Assembly: GCA_031266855.1 (NCBI GenBank)
Contig: JAISAF010000178.1
Coordinates: forward strand, 1-32,964
Direction of reading: 5' to 3'
Source: Spirochaetales bacterium
GTDB lineage: Bacteria; Spirochaetota; Spirochaetia; DTKZ01
Length of the DNA: 32,964 nt
Shown one piece after another: positions 14,802 to 24,275 of this stretch. Under the pieces are notes generated by a model that was given only the letters and a program-made list of their open reading frames with translations, searched no databases and had not been told where the DNA came from. Position 1 is the first letter of the stretch; the number at the start of each line of letters is the position of its first letter. The translations under genes and the position numbers were made by a program.

Positions 14802-15532
14802 TGCGCCCGAAAGACGGCCGCTCACGCGCTCCGGCGCTTGTTTTGTGCGCGTTTTTGGTTTTTGCCTCGTGTTCGAAGGAAAAGGAAAAAATCGCGGAAC
14901 GGCTTTTGGAATTTGAGTCGCCTTCGTACACGGCGTCCGCGGATAATTCGCGTATCGCGGAACTTGAGCGGGATGTGGCGAAGTACAAGGCGGTTGTGGA
15001 GGAAAAAGTCAGCGCGGCCGACAGCCTGGGGTCCTACTATAAACTTCTGGCGCTTGCGTATCTTGACAGGGCGATGTACGGCAAGGCGCTGGAGGCTATT
15101 GAGGAGGCCATCCGCATTCATCCGCAGCAGCACGGGCTGTTTGTTTACCGGGCGATTTCGGCGGCGCGTTTCGCGAAGGCTTTGAAGGACGAGGCGGAGA
15201 AGGCCGGGTACATGAAAATCGCGGAGGATTCGTATTTGCGGGCGATAGCTTTGGAGCCTTCTTCGGTCCAGGCGATGTACGGGCTGGCGATTCTGTATAT
15301 TTATGAGCTGGACAGGCCGGAAAACGCTTTGCCGCTTGTGGAGAAAATTCTGAGCAGGGAGAGCAAAAATGTTGACGCTATGTTCCTTTTGGCGGCGACG
15401 CATTATCTTATGGGAAATATGGAAGCGGCTCTGGAAACCTACGATAAAATTATAGCGACTTCCAACGCGGGAACGCGCAGGGACGAGGCGAAGAAAAATA
15501 AAGAACGGATTCTTGAGGAGGCGATGCGTTGA
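14801..15532 (+). CDS. TPR-repeat lipoprotein
   Basis: The ATG at 14801 gives a signal peptide with lipobox (LVFASC in MRPKDGRSRAPALVLCAFLVFASC), followed by several TPR-like helices (YYKLLALAYLDRAMYGKALEAIEEAIRIHP...). The open frame extends upstream through the repeat mosaic, but that part is not credible coding sequence. Confidence 0.7.
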   Translation: MRPKDGRSRAPALVLCAFLVFASCSKEKEKIAERLLEFESPSYTASADNSRIAELERDVAKYKAVVEEKVSAADSLGSYYKLLALAYLDRAMYGKALEAIEEAIRIHPQQHGLFVYRAISAARFAKALKDEAEKAGYMKIAEDSYLRAIALEPSSVQAMYGLAILYIYELDRPENALPLVEKILSRESKNVDAMFLLAATHYLMGNMEAALETYDKIIATSNAGTRRDEAKKNKERILEEAMR

Positions 15533-16545
15533 CGGACGGTGTTCTGCTTATGGCGATAAACGAAATTCCCTGTCTGCGCTGGAACGAAAAACTCGCGCTT
15601 CTTTACCGGGTGGCGGACACCGGCGCCCTGTGCGCGCTTTCCCCGGCGGATATTCAGGATATGGGCGGGCGCCGTCTTCGGAACCTTGACTGGAAGACCG
15701 AAGAGATTGTCCGCGGGGCCGAAAGCCTTTTTGAGATCGCTTCGGCGCGGAAAATCCGGCTTCTGCCGTATAATGACTCTGCTTATCCGCGGCGGCTGCG
15801 GGAGATTGAGGATCCGCCGTTTCTTCTTTTTTGCCGGGGACAGGTTCCCTCCTGGGAGGGGGATTTCCTGGCGGTTGTGGGAACGCGGCGTCCTTCGGCG
15901 GCGGGAAGGCGGGCCGCCTGGGAATTCGCCGCCGGGGCGGCGGCGGACGGGATATGCGTTGTATCGGGTCTCGCGCAGGGTGTCGACGGGGAAGCTCACC
16001 GCGGCTGCCTTGAGGCGCATGGCACAACCATAGCCGTATTGGGAAACGGCGCGGATACGGTGTATCCGGCTTCCCACAGAACCCTGGCTTCCCGTATTCT
16101 GGATTCAGGCGGGCTTCTTATAACGGAGTACGCCCCGCGCGCCGGTGTGCAAAAACATTATTTCCCCGCGCGTAACAGAATTATCAGCGGGCTTTCCCGC
16201 GCTGTACTGGTGGTGGAAGCTCCCGCGAAATCAGGCGCGCTTATTACCGCTGCTTGTGCCTTGAAACAGGGCCGGGGTTTATATGTACCGGCTTCTGGTA
16301 TATGTGGTATAAACCCGGATGGCTGCCGCGCTCTTGCCACGGACGGCGCCTGTGTGGTGAAATCATGCGCGGATATTATCCGCCTTTGGGGTGGAGAAAG
16401 TAAGGCCGCGCCGGTTTTCCAGGCGCAGGGAAATACGCGGCCGTCTTCTCCGGGAAAAGCCCAGGCCCTCTTCCTGGAGGAGGAATTAACAGGAAACCTG
16501 ACCCGGCATCAGGGAAACTATTTTAGGAGAACACATAATGGCTGA
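15529..16545 (+). CDS. dprA: DNA-processing protein DprA (Smf)
   Basis: Motifs GLAQGVDGEAHRG, AVLGNGADTVYPASH, YFPARNRIISGLS and VVEAPAKSGALITA. The start is either TTG at 15529, overlapping the upstream stop, or ATG at 15550. Confidence 0.88.
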   Translation: MTDGVLLMAINEIPCLRWNEKLALLYRVADTGALCALSPADIQDMGGRRLRNLDWKTEEIVRGAESLFEIASARKIRLLPYNDSAYPRRLREIEDPPFLLFCRGQVPSWEGDFLAVVGTRRPSAAGRRAAWEFAAGAAADGICVVSGLAQGVDGEAHRGCLEAHGTTIAVLGNGADTVYPASHRTLASRILDSGGLLITEYAPRAGVQKHYFPARNRIISGLSRAVLVVEAPAKSGALITAACALKQGRGLYVPASGICGINPDGCRALATDGACVVKSCADIIRLWGGESKAAPVFQAQGNTRPSSPGKAQALFLEEELTGNLTRHQGNYFRRTHNG

Positions 16546-18709
16546 GAAAAAGCCCCATACCCTGCTTATTGTCGAATCCCCCGCGAAAGCCAAAACCATA
16601 GAAAAATATCTTGGCTCCGGCTATACGGTTGTCGCCTCAATTGGTCATCTTATCGACCTGCCAAAATCGCGTATCGCTATAGATGTGGAACACAATTTTG
16701 AACCCGAATATATTACTGTCCGGGGAAAGGCGAAAATACTGAGGGAACTCCAGAGCGCCGCCAACAAGGCCGGGCATGTGCTTTTGGCTTCTGATAATGA
16801 CCGCGAAGGGGAGGCTATCTCCTTCCACTTGCAGAACTCGCTTATAAAAAAGAATCCGAAACTCGCTATTGAGCGGATCGTTTTTAACGAGATTACCCCT
16901 TCAGCCATCCGCGAGGCTGTTAATCATCCTGGAAAAATCGCTATGGAAAAGGTGAATGCCCAAAAAGCGCGGCGCGTTCTGGACCGCATCGTAGGGTACA
17001 ACCTTTCACCTGTGCTGTGGGAAAAAGTCAAAAACGGATTATCCGCCGGCCGTGTGCAGAGCGTTGCCCTGCGCCTTATCTGCGAGCGGGAAAAGGAGGT
17101 CGAGTCTTTTATCCCGGAGGAATACTGGACTCTCGCCGTGGAACTTTCCAAAGGAAAGACTCATTTTGTCGCGCAGATGATCCGATCCGGCGACAAAAAA
17201 GCCCCAGCGGAAAGCCGTCCCGCCGAAGATGCCTCGGGCGCGGACAAGGGGGAAATGAAATCCCGCCAGGACATCCATGACCTTATGGCCCGGCTGGAGA
17301 ACGAGGTTTTTACTGTCAGTGACATCAAGGAAAGCGAAAGGAGCCTCCGTCCCAAGCCGCCGTTTACCACTTCGCAGCTCCAGCAGACCGCGGCGAACCG
17401 TCTGGGTTTTACTTCAAGAAAAACCATGTCCATAGCCCAGCAGCTTTACGAAGGCGTCGCCATCGGTTCCAGCCGTATCGGTCTTATTACGTATATGAGG
17501 ACGGATTCCACACGTATTTCCGCCGTCGCTCTGGAGGAAGTGCGCAAGTTTATTGGCGAGACTTATCCCGCCGCCCTGCCCGCCGAAGCAAACGCCTACA
17601 GTATCGGAAAAGGATCGCAGGACGCTCACGAAGCCATACGCCCAACAACAGTCAGCTATACCCCCGAATCAGTAAAAGCCTACCTGACCAGGGATCAGGA
17701 ACGCCTGTATTCGATTATCTGGGAACGGTTTGTTTCGTCCCAGATGACAAACGCGAAAACAAAAACCCTGTCAATCGATATAAGCGCCAGTGACACGCTG
17801 TTCCGGGTTTCCAGCACTAAAACCGTCGAAAAAGGTTTTCAGGCGGCGCTGAATGTTCTTGCCGCCAAGGAATCAGGTAAAAAGCTGCCATCCCTGAAAA
17901 CCGGCGAGGTTCTTACAAAAGAAAAATTCCTGCCAGAACAGCACTTCACCACAGGCCCCGCCCGCTATACCGACGCCACAATCGTGAAAACCCTGGAAGA
18001 AAAAGGCATAGGCCGGCCATCCACCTACGCCTCCACAATTTCTGTTTTGATAGAACGCTACTACGTCGAACGCAGAAACCGGCAGCTTATCCCCACCCAG
18101 CTTGGCAGAACGATTTACGATTTGCTCATTGGCTCCTTTCCCAATATTCTGGATGTCAATTTTACCGCGGACATGGAATCCCTGCTCGACAGGGTGGAAA
18201 CAGAAGGCGCGGACTGGGTCGGCATGATTCGTGAGTTCTACGGCCCCTTCAAGGAAAAAGTCGAATATGTAAGCCGGACTCTTGAATCCAGGAAGGGCGT
18301 AATGGAGGAGGAAACGGAGTTTGTCTGCGAAAAATGCGGACGGAAAATGATAAAAAAACTGGGCCGCTTCGGATTCTTCCTTGCCTGCCCCGGTTTTCCC
18401 GAATGCAGGAACACAAAATCCATTCCCCTGGCCGACTGTCCCAAAGCCGGCTGCGGCGGGAAAATCGTTGCCCGCAGAAAACAGAAAGGGCGGGGCAAGG
18501 AGTTCTACGGCTGCACGAATTATCCGGCCTGTGATTTTATCAGTCACTTTAAACCCACATCTTCTACCTGCCCGAAATGCGGCTGGTTCCTGGTGGAAAA
18601 AAGCGACAAAAAACGCGGAACCTACAAGGCATGCATAAACAAAGACTGTGATTATCTGCATACGGCGGCGGAAGACGAAGAAGCCTTCGAGCAGAAGAAC
18701 GAGGATTAA
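16538..18709 (+). CDS. topA: DNA topoisomerase I (type IA) with three C-terminal C4 zinc ribbons
   Basis: Toprim motifs LLIVESPAKAKTIEKYLG and ASDNDREGEAIS, the active-site region ITYMRTDS, and CxxC...CxxC zinc modules in the last 130 or so residues. Confidence 0.95.
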   Translation: MAEKKPHTLLIVESPAKAKTIEKYLGSGYTVVASIGHLIDLPKSRIAIDVEHNFEPEYITVRGKAKILRELQSAANKAGHVLLASDNDREGEAISFHLQNSLIKKNPKLAIERIVFNEITPSAIREAVNHPGKIAMEKVNAQKARRVLDRIVGYNLSPVLWEKVKNGLSAGRVQSVALRLICEREKEVESFIPEEYWTLAVELSKGKTHFVAQMIRSGDKKAPAESRPAEDASGADKGEMKSRQDIHDLMARLENEVFTVSDIKESERSLRPKPPFTTSQLQQTAANRLGFTSRKTMSIAQQLYEGVAIGSSRIGLITYMRTDSTRISAVALEEVRKFIGETYPAALPAEANAYSIGKGSQDAHEAIRPTTVSYTPESVKAYLTRDQERLYSIIWERFVSSQMTNAKTKTLSIDISASDTLFRVSSTKTVEKGFQAALNVLAAKESGKKLPSLKTGEVLTKEKFLPEQHFTTGPARYTDATIVKTLEEKGIGRPSTYASTISVLIERYYVERRNRQLIPTQLGRTIYDLLIGSFPNILDVNFTADMESLLDRVETEGADWVGMIREFYGPFKEKVEYVSRTLESRKGVMEEETEFVCEKCGRKMIKKLGRFGFFLACPGFPECRNTKSIPLADCPKAGCGGKIVARRKQKGRGKEFYGCTNYPACDFISHFKPTSSTCPKCGWFLVEKSDKKRGTYKACINKDCDYLHTAAEDEEAFEQKNED

Positions 18710-18715
18710 CACTAC

Positions 18716-19741
18716 ATGGAACCGGAAACACTGAAACAGGAATACCTTGATTATCTGGAAAAAGTACGTTTCCTTTCACCGGCAACGGTAAAAGCCTACG
18801 CGCTCGACATAGCCCCCTTTCTGGACTGGCTTGACAAAAACGGCCTTGCCGCCTGGAACCTCAACCCCGCGCACATACGCGGCTACCTTGTGTACCTTTC
18901 CCGGCGGAAACTCGAGCCCGCTTCGGTCAACCGCGCCCTTGCCGCGCTGCGGGGCATGTACGCCTTCGCCCTGGAACGCGGGGTAAGCGCGGCAAATCCC
19001 TTTGACGGAGTGCAAAGCCTCAAACGCTCCAAACCCCTGCCCGCAATCCTGTTCGAGCAGGACATGGACAGGCTTCTTGGCGGCGTCGAAGGGAATGGCG
19101 TCGAAGAGGACGATGGTGAAGGGGAGGACGGCGCGGAGGATAGCGCGGCCCATAAAAACTTCATCACGGCCCGCGACAAAGCCCTTTTCGAGCTTCTGTA
19201 TTCCACAGGCTGCCGCGTCAGCGAAATCCTCTCCATCAGGCTGGCCCCGCCAGGGAAAAAAACCGGCGGCAGCGCCATCTGGGCGCCCGGGCAGCAGCGC
19301 ATCAGGATCTTCGGAAAAGGCGGCAGGGAACGCTTTGTTTTTGCCGGGGATTCAGCCCTGGCCGCGCTGGAAGAATATCTGCCGCTGCGCCACAGGCGGA
19401 TAGCCGAAACCCGCGCAGAGGATTGCCCCCCGCCTCCGCGGGCCCTGTTCATTAACTTCCGGGGAACCTCACTCACATCCCGCGGCGTTTTTTATCTCCT
19501 TACGCGAAATCTCGCGGAAAAGGGCATAGACAAACCCGCAAGCCCCCATACCCTGCGGCACAGTTTCGCCACACACATACTCGAAAGGGGAGCGGACATC
19601 CGCGTAGTCCAGGAACTTCTAGGACACGCAAGCCTCTCCACCACCCAGATATATACCCACCTCAGCCTTGACGACCTAAAGGATATTCACGCGAAAGCCC
19701 ATCCCCACGGACTGCGGCGCGCACAGGAAGGAGCAATATAA
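18716..19741 (+). CDS. xerC: tyrosine site-specific recombinase, XerC-like (with an acidic insertion)
   Basis: Motifs [40 protein letters not shown] and [16 protein letters not shown]. There is an insertion, [21 protein letters not shown], between the core-binding and catalytic domains. It lies upstream of hslVU, as codV does in Bacillus. Confidence 0.85.
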   Translation: MEPETLKQEYLDYLEKVRFLSPATVKAYALDIAPFLDWLDKNGLAAWNLNPAHIRGYLVYLSRRKLEPASVNRALAALRGMYAFALERGVSAANPFDGVQSLKRSKPLPAILFEQDMDRLLGGVEGNGVEEDDGEGEDGAEDSAAHKNFITARDKALFELLYSTGCRVSEILSIRLAPPGKKTGGSAIWAPGQQRIRIFGKGGRERFVFAGDSALAALEEYLPLRHRRIAETRAEDCPPPPRALFINFRGTSLTSRGVFYLLTRNLAEKGIDKPASPHTLRHSFATHILERGADIRVVQELLGHASLSTTQIYTHLSLDDLKDIHAKAHPHGLRRAQEGAI

Positions 19742-19743
19742 AT

Positions 19744-20283
19744 ATGGAAACACAGTTTCACGGAACAACGATTCTTGCCGTGCGGCGCGACGGAAAAACA
19801 GCTATGGCCGGGGACGGACAGGTAACGCTGGGCAATACGATTATGAAAAGCTCCGCCCGAAAGGTGCGGAAAATATACGACGGAAAAATCATCGTAGGTT
19901 TTGCCGGCGCCACAGCCGACGCCTTTACCCTCTTTGAACGCTTTGAGGCGAAAATCAAGGAATACTCCGGCGACCTTACCCGCTCCTCGGTGGAACTGGC
20001 AAAGGACTGGAGAACCGACAGGCTGCTGCGCCGCCTGGAAGCCCTTCTGCTTGTGGCGGACCTGGAAAAAATGTTTGTCCTGTCAGGAACCGGCGATGTT
20101 ATCGAACCCGACGAAGGTGCCATTGCCGTCGGCTCAGGAGGAAATTACGCCTACGCGGCGGCTCTTGCTTTTTTACAGGCCTCCGGGCTTTCCGCCCGGG
20201 AAATAGCCGAACGCTCGCTGAAAATCGCGGGCGGAATATGTATCTATACAAACAACAGCATTCTTGTGGAGGAAATCGGATGA
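19744..20283 (+). CDS. hslV: ATP-dependent protease subunit HslV
   Basis: [23 protein letters not shown] (N-terminal Thr nucleophile after processing), [17 protein letters not shown] and [11 protein letters not shown]. Confidence 0.93.
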   Translation: METQFHGTTILAVRRDGKTAMAGDGQVTLGNTIMKSSARKVRKIYDGKIIVGFAGATADAFTLFERFEAKIKEYSGDLTRSSVELAKDWRTDRLLRRLEALLLVADLEKMFVLSGTGDVIEPDEGAIAVGSGGNYAYAAALAFLQASGLSAREIAERSLKIAGGICIYTNNSILVEEIG

Positions 20284-21743
20284 GGGCAGGATTTGATCAC
20301 TTGACACCCCGGCAAATTGTCGAAGAGCTTGATAAATACATTGTAGGCCAGACCAAGGCGAAAAAAGCCGTCGCCATTGCCCTGCGCAACAGAATCCGCA
20401 GGCAAAGACTGCCCGAAGAACTGCGCGATGAGGTAGCGCCAAAAAACATCATCATGATAGGGCCAACCGGAGTAGGCAAAACCGAAATCGCGCGGCGCAT
20501 TTCCAAACTCACAGGAGCGCCCTTCATCAAAGTGGAAGCCACAAAGTACACCGAAGTCGGCTACGTGGGACGCGATGTGGAAAGCATGGTGCGCGATCTT
20601 ATGTCGGTCTCCATATCGATGGTAAAAACCGAACTCCAGGAGGAAGTCCGCAATGAAGCCGAACGCAGAACACAGGACGCGCTTATCGACCTCCTCCTTC
20701 CGGGCCTGCGAAAAAATCCCCAGCAGCAGCCCGCGGAAAATCCCCCCATGGATTTTCCCTTCTTCCCGCCCGGCACTTCCGGCAACAAGGAAGACTCTTC
20801 TCCCCAGGAAGCCCCCAAAATAGAACCTCCCCAAAACGCCGCCCCCGGCCCCGACACGGAAAAAACCATAGCGGCGTTCCGCAAAAAACTCGAAGCGGGG
20901 GAACTCGAAGAAAAGTTTGTGGAAATCGACATGTCGAACGGCCCCCTTCCCACCACCATCGAAATTTTTTCCGGCAACAGCTTCGAAGCCATGGACATGA
21001 ACATCGGCGGCCTTATCAAAAACATGATGGGCGGCGGCAGGCGGAAAAAGAAAAAAGTTACAGTCAAGCAGGCCCGTGAAATTCTTCTGGCCGAGGAAAT
21101 GGACAAACTCATCGATACAGATAAAGTCGCCGACATCGCGCGCGAACGCGCCGAACAAATGGGAATCATCTTCATCGACGAAATTGACAAAATCGCCTCC
21201 AGGGAAGGCCGTACCGGCGCCGATGTTTCCCGCGAAGGCGTACAGCGGGACATCCTTCCCATCGTGGAAGGCAGCAAGGTAAACACAAAATACGGCATGG
21301 TGGACACCTCCCACATCCTCTTCATCGCGGCGGGGGCCTTTCACATCTCCAAACCCTCCGACCTCATCCCCGAACTCCAGGGCCGCTTCCCCATCCGCGT
21401 GGAACTCGACGCCCTGACAAAAGACGACTTTATCCGCATCCTTACCCAGCCGCAGAACGCCCTGATTAAACAATACACCGAACTCCTGAAAACCGAGGAT
21501 GTTACCCTCGACTTCGACGAAAGCGCCGTAACCCGGCTTGCCGAACTTGCCGCCGACGTGAATTCCCAGTCGGAAAACATCGGAGCGCGGCGGCTGCATA
21601 CGATTATGGAACTCCTTCTGGAAGACGTTTCGTATAACGCGCCCAGCCTCGCCGGGCAAAGCATCCCCGTTACCGCGGCCTATGTCGACGAAAAACTGAA
21701 AGACGTTGCCCAGAATCAGGATTTAAGCAGGTACATCTTATGA
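20280..21743 (+). CDS. hslU: ATP-dependent protease ATPase subunit HslU
   Basis: The ATG at 20280 overlaps the hslV stop (ATGA). Motifs [17 protein letters not shown], Walker [14 protein letters not shown], Walker [11 protein letters not shown] and [10 protein letters not shown]. The I-domain carries a Pro/Gln-rich insertion. Confidence 0.93.
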   Translation: MRAGFDHLTPRQIVEELDKYIVGQTKAKKAVAIALRNRIRRQRLPEELRDEVAPKNIIMIGPTGVGKTEIARRISKLTGAPFIKVEATKYTEVGYVGRDVESMVRDLMSVSISMVKTELQEEVRNEAERRTQDALIDLLLPGLRKNPQQQPAENPPMDFPFFPPGTSGNKEDSSPQEAPKIEPPQNAAPGPDTEKTIAAFRKKLEAGELEEKFVEIDMSNGPLPTTIEIFSGNSFEAMDMNIGGLIKNMMGGGRRKKKKVTVKQAREILLAEEMDKLIDTDKVADIARERAEQMGIIFIDEIDKIASREGRTGADVSREGVQRDILPIVEGSKVNTKYGMVDTSHILFIAAGAFHISKPSDLIPELQGRFPIRVELDALTKDDFIRILTQPQNALIKQYTELLKTEDVTLDFDESAVTRLAELAADVNSQSENIGARRLHTIMELLLEDVSYNAPSLAGQSIPVTAAYVDEKLKDVAQNQDLSRYIL

Positions 21744-21764
21744 AAATCCCCAGCCGGATGCGCG

Positions 21765-22136
21765 CGCCTTTTTTGCTTCGCAAAAAACCGGGCTATCCGC
21801 TGCAACTCCTCGAAAGCGCCTTCGGCGCTTTCTGCGGGGTTTCCGCTCCTATCCCTTGCGCCCCACGGGCTTTTCGCGCTTCGCGCGGCATAACTTTGTA
21901 TAGTGAAAGTAAAAGCCGCCCTGTTGCTTTTTCGTCCGGCGGCGCTTCGCGCCGCCGGGGCAGGGCAAAATTGCCGAAGGCGATTTTGCCGCGTTTCGGC
22001 TGCCCGCACGCGCTGGGCGCGCGCCAGGGATTGCAGTGGAAAGCCCGCAGGATTTGCATTGGCAAATCCGAGGACTTGGAGCGGAAAGCCCGGTTTTTCC
22101 AGTGCGCGCGTTTCGCGCGCACTGGAAAAAGGCGCC
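21765..22136. repeat. mosaic repeat composite with roughly 75-80-nt inverted family A arms (21783-21862 vs 22024-22098) around four GC-rich hairpins
   Basis: 21783-21812 matches the reverse complement of 22069-22098 at 27 of 30 positions. Hairpins are at 21769-21787, 21812-21832, 21936-21958, 21964-21990, 22050-22069 and 22094-22130 (17-bp stem). Confidence 0.9.
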
Positions 22137-22149
22137 TGAGAGAAAAATC

Positions 22150-23025
22150 ATGGGCTGGTTGAACAATTCCTGCGGCTGTGATATAATTCCGCAATTCATG
22201 GAAGATGCGCGAAGCGAAAAAAGTATGTTTAAGTTTAAAATTGAAGGGGTGTTTGAGGGGCCGCTGGATTTGCTTCTGAACCTCATCAAAATAAACGAGA
22301 AAAATATTTACGATATTCCCATTACGGAGATTACCGAACAGTACCTGGCGTATCTTGAGCTGGCTGTCAGGATAGACCTGGAAAATATTACCGATTTCTA
22401 CTTGATGGCGGCTACGCTTCTTTATATTAAGTCCCGCATGCTGCTGCCTGTGGAGATGGATTTGTCGGAGGAGTTCGAGGACCCGCGTAAGGAACTCGTG
22501 GACAGGCTGATTGAGTATCAGAAGATTAAAAAGCTGTCGGATATGATTGGCGAGAAGGAGCGGGAGGCGGAGTGGATTTTTGAGCGGGGGAACCGGCAGA
22601 GGGCGCTGCCGTTCGCGGAGGAGGAGTTGTGGGAGGAAATCGAGGTTTGGGATTTGCTGAAAACTTTTAGCGCTCTTATTGGTTCGCTTTCCTCGGAGAA
22701 GATTCTGGATTTGTATGAGGAGGTTTCGGTAAACGAGAAGCTGACGCTGATTCAGGAGCGTCTTGATGGGGCGAAGGAGTTTTTTCTTACCGATTTGATT
22801 ACCCGCCGGGATTCCTTTTTCGATATTATTTGTTCGTTCCTCGCGATACTGGAGGCGGTTAAAATGAAGATGATACGGGTTTATCAGAGTAAACTTTTTG
22901 GCGATATTCGAATTACTGGTGTGGAAACGTCACTGGGCGCGGAGAACTTACCGGACGCGGGAAGGCCGCGGGAAGAGGAAAGCTCACAGGGGGAAGATTC
23001 TGGAAACGCAGACGGCGCTGATTGA
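22150..23025 (+). CDS. scpA: segregation and condensation protein A (kleisin ScpA)
   Basis: FEGPLDLLLNLIKINEKNIYDIPITEITEQYLAYL is the ScpA N-terminal signature. The C-terminus has a winged-helix region and an acidic tail. The start is uncertain (22150, 22198 or 22225). The longer ORF from 22036 runs into the repeat. Confidence 0.85.
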   Translation: MGWLNNSCGCDIIPQFMEDARSEKSMFKFKIEGVFEGPLDLLLNLIKINEKNIYDIPITEITEQYLAYLELAVRIDLENITDFYLMAATLLYIKSRMLLPVEMDLSEEFEDPRKELVDRLIEYQKIKKLSDMIGEKEREAEWIFERGNRQRALPFAEEELWEEIEVWDLLKTFSALIGSLSSEKILDLYEEVSVNEKLTLIQERLDGAKEFFLTDLITRRDSFFDIICSFLAILEAVKMKMIRVYQSKLFGDIRITGVETSLGAENLPDAGRPREEESSQGEDSGNADGAD

Positions 23026-23533
23026 AGCAATACTTTTTCTGGAGACCGATCCTATTGACGGGAAGACTCTGTGCCGGGCTTCGGCTTTGCCGCAGGATGT
23101 GGTGGACGCGGCGCTGGAGGCTTTGCGGGAAAAATATTCCCAGCCGGAACATGGTGTTGAACTTCTTATGCTGGGCGGCGGGTATATGTTTGCGCCAAAG
23201 AAGGAGCTATGGGAGTATTTGAAAGATCGCTATGGCAGGAAAAACGATAACCGTCTTTCGCGCGCGGCGATAGAAACCCTGTCGATTGTGGCGTATTCCC
23301 AGCCTATAACGCGGGGAGAGATATACAATCTGCGTGGCGCCGCTCCTGATAATATGATCCGGCTTCTTCTGGCGCGTAACCTTATTCGCGAGATGGGGAA
23401 GAAAGACGCGCCGGGGAAACCTACGCAGTACGGGACAACGAAGGAGTTTTTGAAGCTGTTCCGGCTTGCCAGTATCGCCGATCTTCCGAAACTGGAAGAG
23501 CAGGACAGGGAGAGGTTTGCGCTGAATGGCTGA
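22898..23533 (+). CDS. scpB: segregation and condensation protein B (ScpB)
   Basis: ALIEAILFLETDPI, LSRAAIETLSIVAYSQPITRGEI and GKPTQYGTTKEFL. The start is uncertain. ATG at 22898 would overlap scpA by 128 nt, and the conserved part begins near 23010. Confidence 0.8.
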   Translation: MAIFELLVWKRHWARRTYRTREGRGKRKAHRGKILETQTALIEAILFLETDPIDGKTLCRASALPQDVVDAALEALREKYSQPEHGVELLMLGGGYMFAPKKELWEYLKDRYGRKNDNRLSRAAIETLSIVAYSQPITRGEIYNLRGAAPDNMIRLLLARNLIREMGKKDAPGKPTQYGTTKEFLKLFRLASIADLPKLEEQDRERFALNG

Positions 23534-24275
23534 AACGAATGGGACGGATGGAACAATGAGGCTTCAGGTTTTTATGGCTCACGCGGGGGTGGCTTCCCGG
23601 CGCAAGTGTGAAGAGTTTATTCAGGACGGGCTGGTAAAGGTAAATGGCCGGATTGTAACGGAGCTGGGTTTTAAGGTGGGGGAGGATGACTCGGTTATTT
23701 TCCGGCGGCGCAGGGTGTATCCGATTAAAAACTTTGTGTATCTGGCTTTGAATAAACCGCCGAAGTTTCTTTCCACAACAAGCGATCCTGAACGGCGGCC
23801 TTTGGCTCTTGATCTGTTACGGCCTGGTTTTGATATGCGGCTGTATCCTGTGGGCAGGCTGGATTTTCTTTCGTCGGGGCTTATTTTTTTTACGAATGAT
23901 GGGGATTTCGCGCTGGCGGTTTCGCATCCCCGTTCGGAAGTCGAGAAGGAATATCTTGTTGAAACAAAAAAAGATATTCCCGAGGATCTTCTCCAGGATT
24001 ATCAGAAGGGCATCACCGTGGAGGGGGAGCGCTACCGGCTGAAATCCTATACAATAAAAAGTCCTCATCTGGTATTGCTGGTGCTGGGGGAGGGGAAAAA
24101 CCGGGAGATTCGCAGTGTATTTGCTTCCCGTGGTTTGTATCCGAAACGGATACACCGGGTACGCATAGGTTCGGTAACATTGAAAGGGCTTGAGCCGGGG
24201 AGGTTCCGCCGTCTGAGTCCTGGAGAAGTAAGCGCATTTTTCAAAAAGGGGAAAGGTCATGGTAGTAGCAATTGA
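23526..24275 (+). CDS. rluB: rRNA pseudouridine synthase, RsuA/RluB family
   Basis: S4 domain (RLQVFMAHAGVASRRKCEEFIQDGLVKVNG) and catalytic motif YPVGRLDFLSSGLIFFTNDG. An alternative start is ATG at 23556. Confidence 0.85.
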   Translation: MAETNGTDGTMRLQVFMAHAGVASRRKCEEFIQDGLVKVNGRIVTELGFKVGEDDSVIFRRRRVYPIKNFVYLALNKPPKFLSTTSDPERRPLALDLLRPGFDMRLYPVGRLDFLSSGLIFFTNDGDFALAVSHPRSEVEKEYLVETKKDIPEDLLQDYQKGITVEGERYRLKSYTIKSPHLVLLVLGEGKNREIRSVFASRGLYPKRIHRVRIGSVTLKGLEPGRFRRLSPGEVSAFFKKGKGHGSSN

